Virus record (IMG/VR): IMGVR_UViG_3300013936_000015
Span: 1 to 64,000 of that record
From: a virus
Lineage: Duplodnaviria > Caudoviricetes
Length of the DNA: 64,000 bases
Strand: one strand, 5' to 3'
The notes below the pieces were generated by a model. It saw only the letters and a list, made by a program, of their open reading frames with translations, had not been told where the DNA came from and searched no databases. The translations under genes were made by a program, and so were the position numbers. Positions within the stretch are counted from its first letter, which is position 1; each line of letters opens with the position of its first letter. Shown here piece by piece: positions 9,693-20,106 of the stretch.

Positions 9693-10688
9693 ATGAAATG
9701 TACTTTTACATTCAACACTCCCATAACAAAACAATATTTATTATCTAAATATTCTGATGAAGACTATATGTCTTTTTATTTACAAAGGCATATAGATAAA
9801 AAATTATTTAGAAGTCCGTTAAGAAAAGATAAGAACCCCACTTGTTCTTTTTATAGGAACAAAAGTGGGGAACTTATCTTTCATGATTTTGCAACTGGAC
9901 AACATTTAAACTTTATAGGAGTTGTTCAAGAGATGTATCATCTCAATTATGGAGCATCACTAAAACTCATTGCCAGGGATTTTAATCTTGGTAATTTTGA
10001 TATTTGCGCTCATAAATTTTTAGGCAATCATCCTACAGTTAAAACAGAAGGACCTGCTAATATTAGAGTGGAAATTCAAGATTTTACAAAGAAAGATTTG
10101 GATTGGTGGGAGAGTTTTGGTATTTCAGAAGAAATTCTTAAAAAGTATAAAGTGTTCAGTTGTAAAAATGTATTTCTAAATAATAATATTGTAACTTTTA
10201 ATGGCAACCTAACATTTGGATATTATGGAGGTAAGATTAACAATATAGAATTATGGAGAATTTACTATCCTAATAGAAAATCATATAGATTCCTAACTAA
10301 CTGGCCTAGTAAAAAAATACAAGGTTTTGACCAACTGCCTAAATATGGGAAGTTACTTGTTATTACTAAATCTATGAAAGATGTAATGTCTATGAGTAGT
10401 TTTAATATAACAGCCTGTTCTCCCAATTCTGAGACACAATTTTTATCTGATTCTGTATTAGAACAATTAAAATCCAGATTTAAACATATCATAGTTATGT
10501 ATGATAATGATAAACCGGGTAAGTATAATATGTTTAAGATAAGAAAACGCCATCCAGAATTAAATTATTTCTGTATTCCTAAAGGTTATGCCAAAGATTT
10601 TACAGATACATATAAATTATTAGGTAGAAAGAAAATGATAAGTTGTATTAAGCAAGTACTAGAATATTTTAAAAAGAAATGGACTTAA
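9693..10688 (+). CDS. dnaG: DnaG-like primase
   Basis: N-terminal SPLRKDKNPTCSF/FHDFATG; TOPRIM segment ITKSMKD...YDNDKPG...KDFTD. Confidence 0.85.
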   Translation: MKCTFTFNTPITKQYLLSKYSDEDYMSFYLQRHIDKKLFRSPLRKDKNPTCSFYRNKSGELIFHDFATGQHLNFIGVVQEMYHLNYGASLKLIARDFNLGNFDICAHKFLGNHPTVKTEGPANIRVEIQDFTKKDLDWWESFGISEEILKKYKVFSCKNVFLNNNIVTFNGNLTFGYYGGKINNIELWRIYYPNRKSYRFLTNWPSKKIQGFDQLPKYGKLLVITKSMKDVMSMSSFNITACSPNSETQFLSDSVLEQLKSRFKHIIVMYDNDKPGKYNMFKIRKRHPELNYFCIPKGYAKDFTDTYKLLGRKKMISCIKQVLEYFKKKWT

Positions 10689-11311
10689 ATACTTCAGTAA
10701 GAATAACTTATCCCGGTAAAGGATCTATAAGATTTGAAGATATTCAAACTGCATCTGATTATACTTTTCAATTACATCAACAAGACCCAAATATTAAATA
10801 TCTTACAGTAAATGCTATAAAATTAAGAGCAAATAAATATGCTACTGTGGACAGATTAGTACCAAAGGATAATATTATTTGTGAATGGCTAGATGATCAT
10901 ACTATAAGACATTTTAGGGCTAAGAACTCTAAAAATAGAGGAAGTAATTGGGAATATAAAGTTAGGGACAAATTAAAAGAGATTGGATTTGTAGATGTTG
11001 TTACTGCAAAGGGAGAATCTAGAAGAAAAGATAATGATAATATAGATTTAATAGATTTGGCAAACAAATTACCTGTTAATATTCAAGCTAAGTCTTATAA
11101 ATCTTGTCCAGATTATAATATGATACGGCAAGGTTGTCCAGATATTGATAAGCCCTATGTAATAGCATGGCAAAATTCTAATTCAGAAAATTATTTCAAG
11201 GTGAGGATGAGAAATAATGATATTCCTATTGAGAAAGAGTTGTTTCTGGTTCCTGCTGAATTTTTCTACACATTATTAGAAAGCTATTCAAAATATAATA
11301 AAATATTATGA
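10679..11311 (+). CDS. PD-(D/E)xK nuclease, Holliday junction resolvase-like
   Basis: KNRGSNWE...GF...DLID...NIQAK pattern. Confidence 0.7.
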   Translation: MDLNTSVRITYPGKGSIRFEDIQTASDYTFQLHQQDPNIKYLTVNAIKLRANKYATVDRLVPKDNIICEWLDDHTIRHFRAKNSKNRGSNWEYKVRDKLKEIGFVDVVTAKGESRRKDNDNIDLIDLANKLPVNIQAKSYKSCPDYNMIRQGCPDIDKPYVIAWQNSNSENYFKVRMRNNDIPIEKELFLVPAEFFYTLLESYSKYNKIL

Positions 11312-11532
11312 AATACGTTTTTGCAATTAAAACAAAGAATCCAAAGATTATGATTCATTCTATTGATGCTGACAGTTTAGAAGAAGCACAGGATGAAGCA
11401 AGAAGTATTATTTTTAATTCCATTAATTTAGATGAGACAGATTATGAATATATTCTTACTCATGATTGGAACCTTATTGTAAAAAGAATGTGTGATTTAA
11501 AGAAACCAATTAGTAATGTCGAACTTCTATAA
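11308..11532 (+). CDS. hypothetical protein
   Basis: ORF track; resembles the next ORF. Confidence 0.65.
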   Translation: MKYVFAIKTKNPKIMIHSIDADSLEEAQDEARSIIFNSINLDETDYEYILTHDWNLIVKRMCDLKKPISNVELL

Positions 11533-11773
11533 AGTCTCTGTTTTTACAAATAAAGACCATATTCTAAAATTCCAAGCCCCTTCTCTTATTGATGCCTATG
11601 ATGTAGCAGCAGACCGAATTATTGATATGTTCGGAGATAATTTAGGAGATGTTAATTGTGGAAAACTTTCAAATAGTGATTTGAAAACGTGGAATGATGT
11701 ATGTGATGATATATATAATGATTGTGATGTTGATATAAGTGATATTGAAGAATATGAAACAAATTGTGAATAG
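11516..11773 (+). CDS. hypothetical protein
   Basis: ORF track. Confidence 0.65.
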   Translation: MSNFYKVSVFTNKDHILKFQAPSLIDAYDVAADRIIDMFGDNLGDVNCGKLSNSDLKTWNDVCDDIYNDCDVDISDIEEYETNCE

Positions 11774-12014
11774 GAAATTTACCAAAACTACTAAAATAAT
11801 TAGTTGGGATTATATTACTCATAAATCTAAAGGAATTGTTTTAGTATTCAATAAGAAATTTAAACCTAAAGGTTATATAGTATATGGTAATTATGGTTTT
11901 GAATATAGAACTAGAATGAATTGTACTAAACCTAAATTTAGCAGTTTTATCTCTGCAAAGAGAGTGGCAGAAATGTTGCCTAAAAGTTATGTATTTTGTT
12001 ATATTACCTATTAA
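11754..12014 (+). CDS. hypothetical protein
   Basis: ORF 11739..12014; internal ATG is a plausible start. Confidence 0.55.
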   Translation: MKQIVNRKFTKTTKIISWDYITHKSKGIVLVFNKKFKPKGYIVYGNYGFEYRTRMNCTKPKFSSFISAKRVAEMLPKSYVFCYITY

Positions 12015-12024
12015 TATTTAAATT

Positions 12025-12426
12025 ATGTATATTAAATTGTATAAAGTAAATGAGTTCCAAGGTCATATTTGTTCTAAATCCACTTATCAGGTAGTATTAT
12101 GGGAAATTCCTATTATTACATCTGATGATTTTGTAAGGAATGTGATCAAACCTTATAAAGGCATTCTAATTAAAGATTCTCGGGGAAGAAACATTATTAA
12201 ATTTCAAGTATCTGGAAAAACTAAATGTAATCCTAAAGATACTTTTAATGCAGAGAAAGGAAGAGATCAGGCAGAGAATAAAGCCATTAAGAAAGGATAC
12301 CATCATGCCAGTGTTATCCTTAAAGCTATTATGAGAAAATCTCTGAAGGATATTAATAGAATTAATGATTTTAATACAGAGATTGTTCATAAAGGGTATA
12401 ATAGACTACAATACGATCTTGAATGA
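12025..12426 (+). CDS. phage protein with C-x-P-x-D-x-F-x4-G motif
   Basis: TKCNPKDTFNAEKGRDQAENKA. Confidence 0.6.
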   Translation: MYIKLYKVNEFQGHICSKSTYQVVLWEIPIITSDDFVRNVIKPYKGILIKDSRGRNIIKFQVSGKTKCNPKDTFNAEKGRDQAENKAIKKGYHHASVILKAIMRKSLKDINRINDFNTEIVHKGYNRLQYDLE

Positions 12427-13463
12427 AATTATCTGATATTAAAATAACTCCACTTATAAATAGTCTACGATTTACTAAAATTGATGATAGTGTATATTTC
12501 TCAGAAAAGTATTCTAATTATATCAGTAATAGTAGGCTAACTTTATTAAAGAAGAGTCCGAAAAATCCAGATAAGTTTTTTAAAGGATTGGCAGTTAATT
12601 ATACATTTTCTGATAGTTTAAATAGAGGAAGTGCAGTACACGAATGTGTATTACAACCAGAATCTTTTTATATTATTGATGATATTAATAAGCCTACTGG
12701 TAAGACTGGAGCTATGGCTGATGAGTTATATCAGAAAACTGGTAGAATACCTACTTTATCAGAAATGAAAGAAGCCTCACAGAAGATTCATTATTACGAG
12801 AGGACATTTAATGAAGCAAGAGCCGAGGAGTTAAAAAGATGCTGTGCTGACTACTGGAAAAATAGAGCATCTTATGAATGCTCTCAAAAGTATTATAGCA
12901 TTAATAAAACTCCCATATATCTTGATGTGAAATCAAGAAATCTTGTAAATAGATGTATTAATTCTCTTAAAAATAATAATTCTGTTCAGAAACTTCTTAA
13001 TATGGATGGTGAAACAGGGAATGAACAAGCAATCCTATTAAATCTAAAAGTAGAATGTCCTGATATGGAACCTTTTATGATTAGATTAAAAGCTAAACTG
13101 GATAATTATTGTATAGATCAATTTACAGATACTATTACAATTAATGATATTAAGACTACTGGAAATAGGATAGAATTTTTCAATGATGCTATTACTAAAT
13201 TCTCTTATAATAGAGAGATTGCTATGTATTCATATCTTTTAGGAATGGTTGCCAAACATAAATATGGATTAGAGAATCCAGAAATTAAGGGTAATTTTCT
13301 TGTAGTAGAAATGGGATATGATTTTAATAGTAAGGTAGTAAAGCTTTCCAATAAACTTCTTGTAGAAGGATTTAAGGAGTTTCAGCATTTATTGAAATTG
13401 GCTATCTTCTACAGCACTCTACCACAATATGAAGGATTTCGAGAGGACCTCATTGACATATAA
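12423..13463 (+). CDS. PD-(D/E)xK exonuclease (RecE/ExoVIII-like)
   Basis: ISNS, RGSAVHE, LKAKLD, NDIKTT, Y-x-REIAMY motifs. Confidence 0.8.
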   Translation: MKLSDIKITPLINSLRFTKIDDSVYFSEKYSNYISNSRLTLLKKSPKNPDKFFKGLAVNYTFSDSLNRGSAVHECVLQPESFYIIDDINKPTGKTGAMADELYQKTGRIPTLSEMKEASQKIHYYERTFNEARAEELKRCCADYWKNRASYECSQKYYSINKTPIYLDVKSRNLVNRCINSLKNNNSVQKLLNMDGETGNEQAILLNLKVECPDMEPFMIRLKAKLDNYCIDQFTDTITINDIKTTGNRIEFFNDAITKFSYNREIAMYSYLLGMVAKHKYGLENPEIKGNFLVVEMGYDFNSKVVKLSNKLLVEGFKEFQHLLKLAIFYSTLPQYEGFREDLIDI

Positions 13464-13776
13464 AGAAAAAGAGGAACTTTTTAATAATTTATTTACTACA
13501 GGTTATTTACCAAATATTCGGGATAAGTTTGCTCTCATAGACCTATTAGGATGGCTTGTTTTTGAATTAAAAAAGAAAAAGCCGGGAGTAACTTATTATC
13601 AAATAACATATAAACTTGCTGAAGGGACAGGATTAAATGATGAGGAGATTGAAAAATGGGCAATTCTTGCAGAAGACTTCTCTAATAATGTCACTGAATT
13701 TGAACAATTTAATCTGAAGATTAAAGACGTTCCAAAGACTATTAGAGAACTATTCAAAAGAATCCTTCCCTTTTAA
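13429..13776 (+). CDS. hypothetical protein
   Basis: ORF track. Confidence 0.7.
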   Translation: MKDFERTSLTYKEKEELFNNLFTTGYLPNIRDKFALIDLLGWLVFELKKKKPGVTYYQITYKLAEGTGLNDEEIEKWAILAEDFSNNVTEFEQFNLKIKDVPKTIRELFKRILPF

Positions 13777-13912
13777 CAAAATTTAACTCACTTATATGAA
13801 GTAATTAGATGAGTAGATTGTATGTTAGGTTCATTATGATATTATAGTAGATAATATGAAGGACTTCTAGATAATCTGATAAGTATTTAATTTTTAAAAT
13901 TATTTTTGAATT

Positions 13913-14566
13913 ATGGAAATGAATAGTGTTTTTAAGAGTTTTGAGGTCGAGAGTGTATCAAAGGAAAAGGGTCTTGAGAAGACTCCTTTTAAGAGTATTT
14001 TTGTTGATGCAACTTCCAGTTATGTTAGTTTCTTGGAGAAGAAATTGGGTTATTCCAAGGATTATCGTAAATCATGGTTGGCAGCACATCCAAAAGCATC
14101 TCTTAGTGACTATCGTGTTAATCTTATTGCAGATGCAAATCTTACAAGTGCTGAGTTTAGAGAGTGGCAGATCAATTACAACCAAGAGGCTACTAAGGGT
14201 ATTCCTAATATTGCCTGTGTAATTTGTATTACTTCTGGAAAGGATAACACTTGTAAGCGTCCTTATAAGGTATTAAATATTAAGGCTGTTGACAAGCGTA
14301 AGGTTACTAAGAACACAAGTATTGTTGGCAAGGATTCTGGTAAGGTATATTGGGCTAGTGATGGTCGTGTATCTAAGGCAGAAGCTGTTAAGCGTGCTAA
14401 GAAGTTGTTTACTGATGGTGTTATTGAGAGTGAGGATGTTCAGATTCGTCTGACTCCTGAAATTTCTAATCCAGTTATTTGTGAATTGGAGTTCTCTCCC
14501 TCTAAGGCTTATCGTGAGGGTAAATACATCTATTTTGGTAATGTAGATGTAAATGATCTTGTATAA
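13913..14566 (+). CDS. hypothetical protein, probably highly expressed
   Basis: Biased codons (CGT, GGT, AAG, GAG); has its own leader and terminator. Confidence 0.8.
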   Translation: MEMNSVFKSFEVESVSKEKGLEKTPFKSIFVDATSSYVSFLEKKLGYSKDYRKSWLAAHPKASLSDYRVNLIADANLTSAEFREWQINYNQEATKGIPNIACVICITSGKDNTCKRPYKVLNIKAVDKRKVTKNTSIVGKDSGKVYWASDGRVSKAEAVKRAKKLFTDGVIESEDVQIRLTPEISNPVICELEFSPSKAYREGKYIYFGNVDVNDLV

Positions 14567-14580
14567 TAAATAATTTTAAA

Positions 14581-14615
14581 AATCCCTTGGTACTTGTTAT
14601 CAAGGGATTTTTTTT
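14581..14615 (+). terminator. rho-independent terminator
   Basis: aatcccttgg...tcaagggatt stem followed by a T run. Confidence 0.8.
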
Positions 14616-14655
14616 GTTTTATACCTAGTTAATAATAAATAAATAATAAAATAAA

Positions 14656-15429
14656 ATGGATATTAAATTAGCAGATTTACTTGAAGGAAAAGGAACTATT
14701 ATTAAGGACAAGCAGTATCTTCCCACTCGGGCTTATGTAGAGCCGTTTATCAACCGGTTGAGTAGTATTCCGGGTATTGATTTTAAATGTCGTGCAGAGC
14801 TTCCTAAGCAGGTTACATTGAATACTGATAGTCAGGATCTGACATATAATAGAGTGTGGATTGAGGGTATTCTTCCTGATGAATATACTGTTGACAATCA
14901 TGAAAGAGTTATTGGAATGGTATATGGATTAGATACAAGAGTTCCTATTTGTAAATTCTATCTTTCTTCTATTAATTCTGCTTGTACTAATATGATGGTA
15001 TTTAATCCTTCTCTTTTAAAAGTGCAAGTAATTGAAGGTAATATTGATTATGCCCTACTTGATGCTGTTATTAGTGCAGAGGATCATGTACATCAGTATA
15101 TAGAATGTTTGAATAACACATCCTTTGTAAATAACATTGAAGCACAGGAGAAGGTTCTTGGAAAATGGTGTAGGAATACTATTATATATAACTACACTAA
15201 TGGAATTAATAAAGCAAGTATTTCTTCTAGTACCGCTGTTAAAGCGTATAAGAGTATCTTTATTAATGATAAATCTGATTATTATAATGGAAAATCTTCA
15301 GAAATAAGTATGTTTGATATTTATAATGCTTGGACATATATTATTTCTAATGAAGATTCCGATATTATGAATAAGTTTGAGAAAACTTATCTTATTAGTA
15401 AAATTATGGAATTGAATATTAATGAGTAA
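14656..15429 (+). CDS. DUF932-like protein
   Basis: NSACTNMMVF motif and SMFDIYNAWT C-terminal motif. Confidence 0.6.
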   Translation: MDIKLADLLEGKGTIIKDKQYLPTRAYVEPFINRLSSIPGIDFKCRAELPKQVTLNTDSQDLTYNRVWIEGILPDEYTVDNHERVIGMVYGLDTRVPICKFYLSSINSACTNMMVFNPSLLKVQVIEGNIDYALLDAVISAEDHVHQYIECLNNTSFVNNIEAQEKVLGKWCRNTIIYNYTNGINKASISSSTAVKAYKSIFINDKSDYYNGKSSEISMFDIYNAWTYIISNEDSDIMNKFEKTYLISKIMELNINE

Positions 15430-15442
15430 TAAATAGTTAAGT

Positions 15443-15844
15443 ATGGCCTATGCTATAGGGGGTAAACTTACTCACCAAGATAGTTATGGAGAGAAAATAA
15501 TTAAATCTGTATTAGATTTCTATGATATTAAATATAGACAAGAAGAAATACGTAATATTCATAAATATAATGAAGATTTCTATTATATAAGATTTGATTT
15601 TTACCTACCTAAGCATAGAACAGTTATTGAATATAATGGGGAGCAGCACTATCACTACTCCCCAACATATCATAAGAATAAAGAAGCTTTTCAAAGACAA
15701 AAGAATAGAGATAAAGCAGTAAAAGATTATTGTAAAGATAAAAAAATACAATTAATAACTGTAAGATACAGTGGCATCAAAAGAGGATTCGGATAGGAAT
15801 TACTCAAAGCTATTAAACAAAAACGTAATAGAAATTTAAAATAA
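15443..15844 (+). CDS. DUF559/Vsr-like endonuclease (TAG at 15794 probably read through to TAA 15842-15844)
   Basis: SYGE...RFDFYL...IEYNGEQHY...RDKAVK motifs. Confidence 0.72.
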
Positions 15845-15881
15845 TTTTAAATATATTATGTATATTGTTTAATTGTTAATT

Positions 15882-18800
15882 ATGATACAAGTTATTAAAA
15901 GAAACGGAAGTAAACAAAAATTTGACAGAGCCAAAATTATTAATGCTATCAAAAAGGCATTTAATGAATGTGAGCTATCTGTAGATGAACAAGAGTATGG
16001 AAAGATCGCTAAGAGTATCAAGATTTATGACAATATTAATGTCGAAACTATTCAAGATGAGGTAGAAGATGCCTTGATGAATAGAAAGTTATTCGATGTT
16101 GCAAGAGCATATATAAGATATAGATATGCTCATAACGTCATTAGAAAGTCTAATACTACTGATAAGACAATATTGGAATTATTAGATGGAACTAGTGATT
16201 ATTGGAATACAGAGAACGCTAATAAAAGAAGTTATCTTGTTACTACTCAACACGATTATCTTGCTGGAATTGTATCAAAAGATATTACAGAAAGATTTAT
16301 CTTAGATAAAGATGCATCTGAAGCCCATGAAAGTGGTATTATACACTGTCACGATTTAGATTATAGGATTTTGCCAATGTTGAATTGCAATTTGATTAAT
16401 CTAAAAGATATGTTAGATAATGGTACAGTAGTAAATGGGTATAGAATTAACTCGCCACATAGGTTTTTAACTGCTTGTACTATAGCTACTCAAATTATAC
16501 TAAGTGTATCATCTAGTCAATATGGTGGATGTACTGTATCTACTTCTCATTTGGCCCCTTATCTACGAAAATCTAAATTATATTATCAAAAGAATTATCC
16601 AGAGTGTTGGAAAAAACTTTATCGTAAAGAATTAACTGATGGAGTGCAGACTTTTAACTATCAGGTTAACTCTATGGCTAATAGTAATGGACAAAGCCCT
16701 TTCCTATCGGTAGCAATGTATATAAATGAAGATTTAAACTATGTTACTGAAAATATAGAAATAATTGAAGAATTTCTACGACAACGTATTCAAGGATTAC
16801 AGAATGAACAAGGAATATGGGTTACTCCAGCATTCCCGAAATTACTCTATTTCCTTGATGAAAATAATACTAAAGGTGGAGAATACTATTGGCTAACAAA
16901 GCTTGCAGCTAAATGTACTGCCAAACGACTTGTTCCTGATTACATCTCTGTGAAGAAGATGAAAGAGCTTAAAGAAGGGCAAGTTTTCCCGTGCATGGGA
17001 TGCCGGAGTTTCTTAGCTCCATGGAAGAATGATAAAGGTGAATATCAATTCTATGGTAGGACAAATTTAGGTGTAATTACATTAAATCTAGTAGATATTG
17101 CTCTTTCATCTAAAGGAGATTGGAATGTATTCTATAAACTCTTTAAAGAGAGAATGGATTTAATCCATAGAACTCATAAAAAGTTTATTGATATACTTGC
17201 CAATAAACCTTCTGATGTAGCTCCTATCTTATGGCAATATGGTGCATTAGCTAGATTAAAATCTGGGGAAAAGATAGGAAAACTATTCTATGACGGAAGA
17301 ACTTCTTGTTCATTTGGATATGCTGGATTATATGAGTGTGTAAAGTATATGACCGGTGAATCTCATTCTACAGGTATTGGATTTAAAAAGGGTATTGAAA
17401 TAATGAAATATTTTAATAAACTTATTGACCAATATAAAGAAGAAGATAATATAGGATATAGCCCTTATGGCAGTCCTATAGAATCTACCACTTATAAATT
17501 TGCCAAGTGTCTTAAAAAGAGATTTGGTATTATAGAAGGAATTACCGACCATGATTATGTAACTAATAGTTATCATATTAATGTAAGAGAGCATATTGAT
17601 CCCTTTGAAAAATTAAGAATAGAATCAGAATACCAAAAGTATTCTCTAGGAGGTTGGTAATACAGCTTCCTGAAACTGCGTGAACTTCTAATCAAAGGTG
17701 TTATTTTATATAAATAGCTAACGGTGAAAATCTAATGACAATACCGTGCCAAGCTTAATTGAAGGTGTAACGACTAGGGGTGATGAGTGTAGCCCCGTAG
17801 AATGAGAGTTGATTACTCATTCCAAGTGCGCAGCTTAAAAGGTGGATTCCACTACTAAGAAGATATAGTCTAATTAAACTTTTTAATTTATGAAAAAAGG
17901 TACATGTAGTATATGTAAAAGAAAAAACACACGTTTATATAGTATAAATGGATTCAAAAATGTATGTTCAAAACATATGCACCAAATTCTTAAATATGGT
18001 TATCCTTTAGATAATAATCCAAGGACTAATAATGATCTTAATGATTATGTAGTTAAAAATAATATTGCTATTTTTAATGTATATAATCAGAGAAATGAAA
18101 AAGTTGGAGAATTTATTATTGACAAGTCTGATTTGGATTTAGTTAAATATAGAAAATGGAGACTAAACTCTTTAGGGTACATTGTTACAGGTAATTGTAC
18201 AAAAACAAATCCCTCAACAATGCTTCATAGAATATTATTGAAACCTAAAAGTAATGAAGTAGTAGACCATATTGATGGAAATCCTTTGAATAATCGTAAA
18301 TCTAATTTACGTATTTGTAGTCAGGGTGAAAATACATATAATAAATCTCCTAGGTCTAATTATATTGGGATATCCTTTGATAAATCAAGAAATCAATGGG
18401 CAGCAGAAATTAGATGTAAAGAACGAAGGGTGCATTTATGTAGATGGCATACAATAGAAGAAGCTATATGTGCTAGATATATTGCTGAGAAATTGTTATT
18501 TAAAGAATTTCAAAACATTTCTGAACAAAAAAAGAAAGAAGAAATTATTAAGAATAAACTAACAGATTCTCAGATTTTGTATATAAAAAAATATGTCATT
18601 ACTAAATTGAAAAGTAAAAATTGTGTATAAGCTATATAGAGTCTTCTGATATGCAACATAATACTGAAGCATTATTGGAAGTAATTGATTATATCTACAA
18701 TACTATTATGTATGCAGAAATCAATTCTAAATCAGATTACTGTGCTAACTGTGGATATACAGGAGAACAATTAATTGATGATGATATGAATTGGTACTGC

Positions 18801-18944
18801 CCTAATTGTGGATGTAAAGATTCAAAGAAATTACATCACGCAAGAAGAGTATGTGGATATATTGGTACGTCTGATTATAATAAAGGGCGAACAGAAGAAA
18901 TAAAAGAACGATTTGTCCATCTTGACAATCATGATGAGGTATAA
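15882..18944 (+). CDS. nrdD: anaerobic ribonucleotide reductase with ATP cone, spliced: exon1 15882-17654, exon2 18624-18944
   Basis: VIKRNG ATP cone, LNC, MGCR, NLG, YSLGG|CISYIE, two CxxC, and the RRVCGY glycyl-radical loop. Confidence 0.93.
17655..18623 (+). mobile_element. group I intron with HNH homing endonuclease
   Basis: P1 ggaggt|tg pairs with cagcttcc with a U.G at the splice site; core-like aacgact and aagatatagtct; terminal G 18623. Confidence 0.9.
17890..18630 (+). CDS. intron-encoded HNH-AP2 homing endonuclease with N-terminal Zn finger
   Basis: CSIC...CSKH; MLHR...VDHIDGNPLNNRKSNL; YIGIS...WAAEI...TIEEA (AP2-like). Confidence 0.85.
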   Translation: MKKGTCSICKRKNTRLYSINGFKNVCSKHMHQILKYGYPLDNNPRTNNDLNDYVVKNNIAIFNVYNQRNEKVGEFIIDKSDLDLVKYRKWRLNSLGYIVTGNCTKTNPSTMLHRILLKPKSNEVVDHIDGNPLNNRKSNLRICSQGENTYNKSPRSNYIGISFDKSRNQWAAEIRCKERRVHLCRWHTIEEAICARYIAEKLLFKEFQNISEQKKKEEIIKNKLTDSQILYIKKYVITKLKSKNCV

Positions 18945-19392
18945 CAAAATTAGAACAATGGATGTAAGCAACGGCCCTGGGATAAGAGTGTCCCTCTTTA
19001 CTCAGGGCTGTGCTATTAAATGTAAGGGGTGTTTTAATTCAGAACTATGGGATTATTCTGGAGGTAAAATATTCACAGATGAAACTATTAATCATATCTT
19101 AGATCTTTGTGATAATCCACATATAGAAGGATTGTCATTATTAGGAGGCGAGCCTCTTTCATTAGTAAATCTAGTAGAATTAAAGAAATTAATCATTAGA
19201 TTTAATGAAAGATTTCCAGACAAGAATATATGGCTATGGACTGGATATTATTATGACCAGCTTACAGAACAACAGAAAGAGATCGTAAATCTCTGTGATG
19301 TCTTGGTAGAAGGTCCTTTTGATATTGATAAAAAAGATCCAAATCTTTTATATAGAGGCAGTTCTAATCAAATAATTACAAAAATAAAATGA
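18931..19392 (+). CDS. nrdG: anaerobic RNR activating radical SAM protein
   Basis: NGPGIR, CAIKCKGC, GGEP, WTGY, RGSSNQ. Confidence 0.92.
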   Translation: MMRYNKIRTMDVSNGPGIRVSLFTQGCAIKCKGCFNSELWDYSGGKIFTDETINHILDLCDNPHIEGLSLLGGEPLSLVNLVELKKLIIRFNERFPDKNIWLWTGYYYDQLTEQQKEIVNLCDVLVEGPFDIDKKDPNLLYRGSSNQIITKIK

Positions 19393-19694
19393 AAGAAATA
19401 GCAGATCACATATATGATAAACTATGTGAATTAGGAATGTTGGATGATTCTGGAACACGGTCTTTTAATGTAGGGGCAAGTGATTATGCAGACCATTTTA
19501 TCCAACCATGGAGTTGTTGGATAGATTGGAAATTAAACCCTTGGGATGCTGATATCGTCAAAAGAATAGCAAGAAAAAAGATTGGAGAAGATGAAACGGA
19601 AAGATATCAGAAAATTATTCATATTTGTGAAGAACGAATAAGACAATTAAATTATGATTTATCTAAAACTGAAAAGAATAGCAAAGAAAGCTAA
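19389..19694 (+). CDS. DUF3310-like phage protein
   Basis: NVGASDY...IQPW...DIVKRIARKK...KIIH. Confidence 0.55.
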   Translation: MKEIADHIYDKLCELGMLDDSGTRSFNVGASDYADHFIQPWSCWIDWKLNPWDADIVKRIARKKIGEDETERYQKIIHICEERIRQLNYDLSKTEKNSKES

Positions 19695-20106
19695 ATATAC
19701 AATAGGGAAATTGTATATTAATGACCAATATTTTTGTGATACTATAGAAGATAAAGATAGAGGACTTAAACATGAAATGTCTTTAGATCAGATATCGAAG
19801 ATAAAAGTTAAAAATGAAACAGCTATTCCTTCTGGTACATATAAAGTTACTACAAAGGTCGTAAGCCCTAAATTTAAAAATAGAGTATGGGCAAAACCGT
19901 GGAAAGGTATTGTTCCGAGAATATTAAATGTCCCGGGATTTGATGGAGTCCTTATACATCCGGGAACAGATCAGAATAGTACTAGCGGATGTATAATAGT
20001 AGGACAAAATAAAATAGTAGGAAAAGTAATTAATTCACAAGCCACTTATGCCTCTTTAATGTGCAAATTAATAAATCAAGATAAAATATATATTGAAATA
20101 GTATGA
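19654..20106 (+). CDS. DUF5675 family protein (putative peptidoglycan-active enzyme/endolysin)
   Basis: YTIGKLY...CDTIED...TAIPSGTY...LIHPG...TSGCIIVG. Confidence 0.7.
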   Translation: MIYLKLKRIAKKAKYTIGKLYINDQYFCDTIEDKDRGLKHEMSLDQISKIKVKNETAIPSGTYKVTTKVVSPKFKNRVWAKPWKGIVPRILNVPGFDGVLIHPGTDQNSTSGCIIVGQNKIVGKVINSQATYASLMCKLINQDKIYIEIV

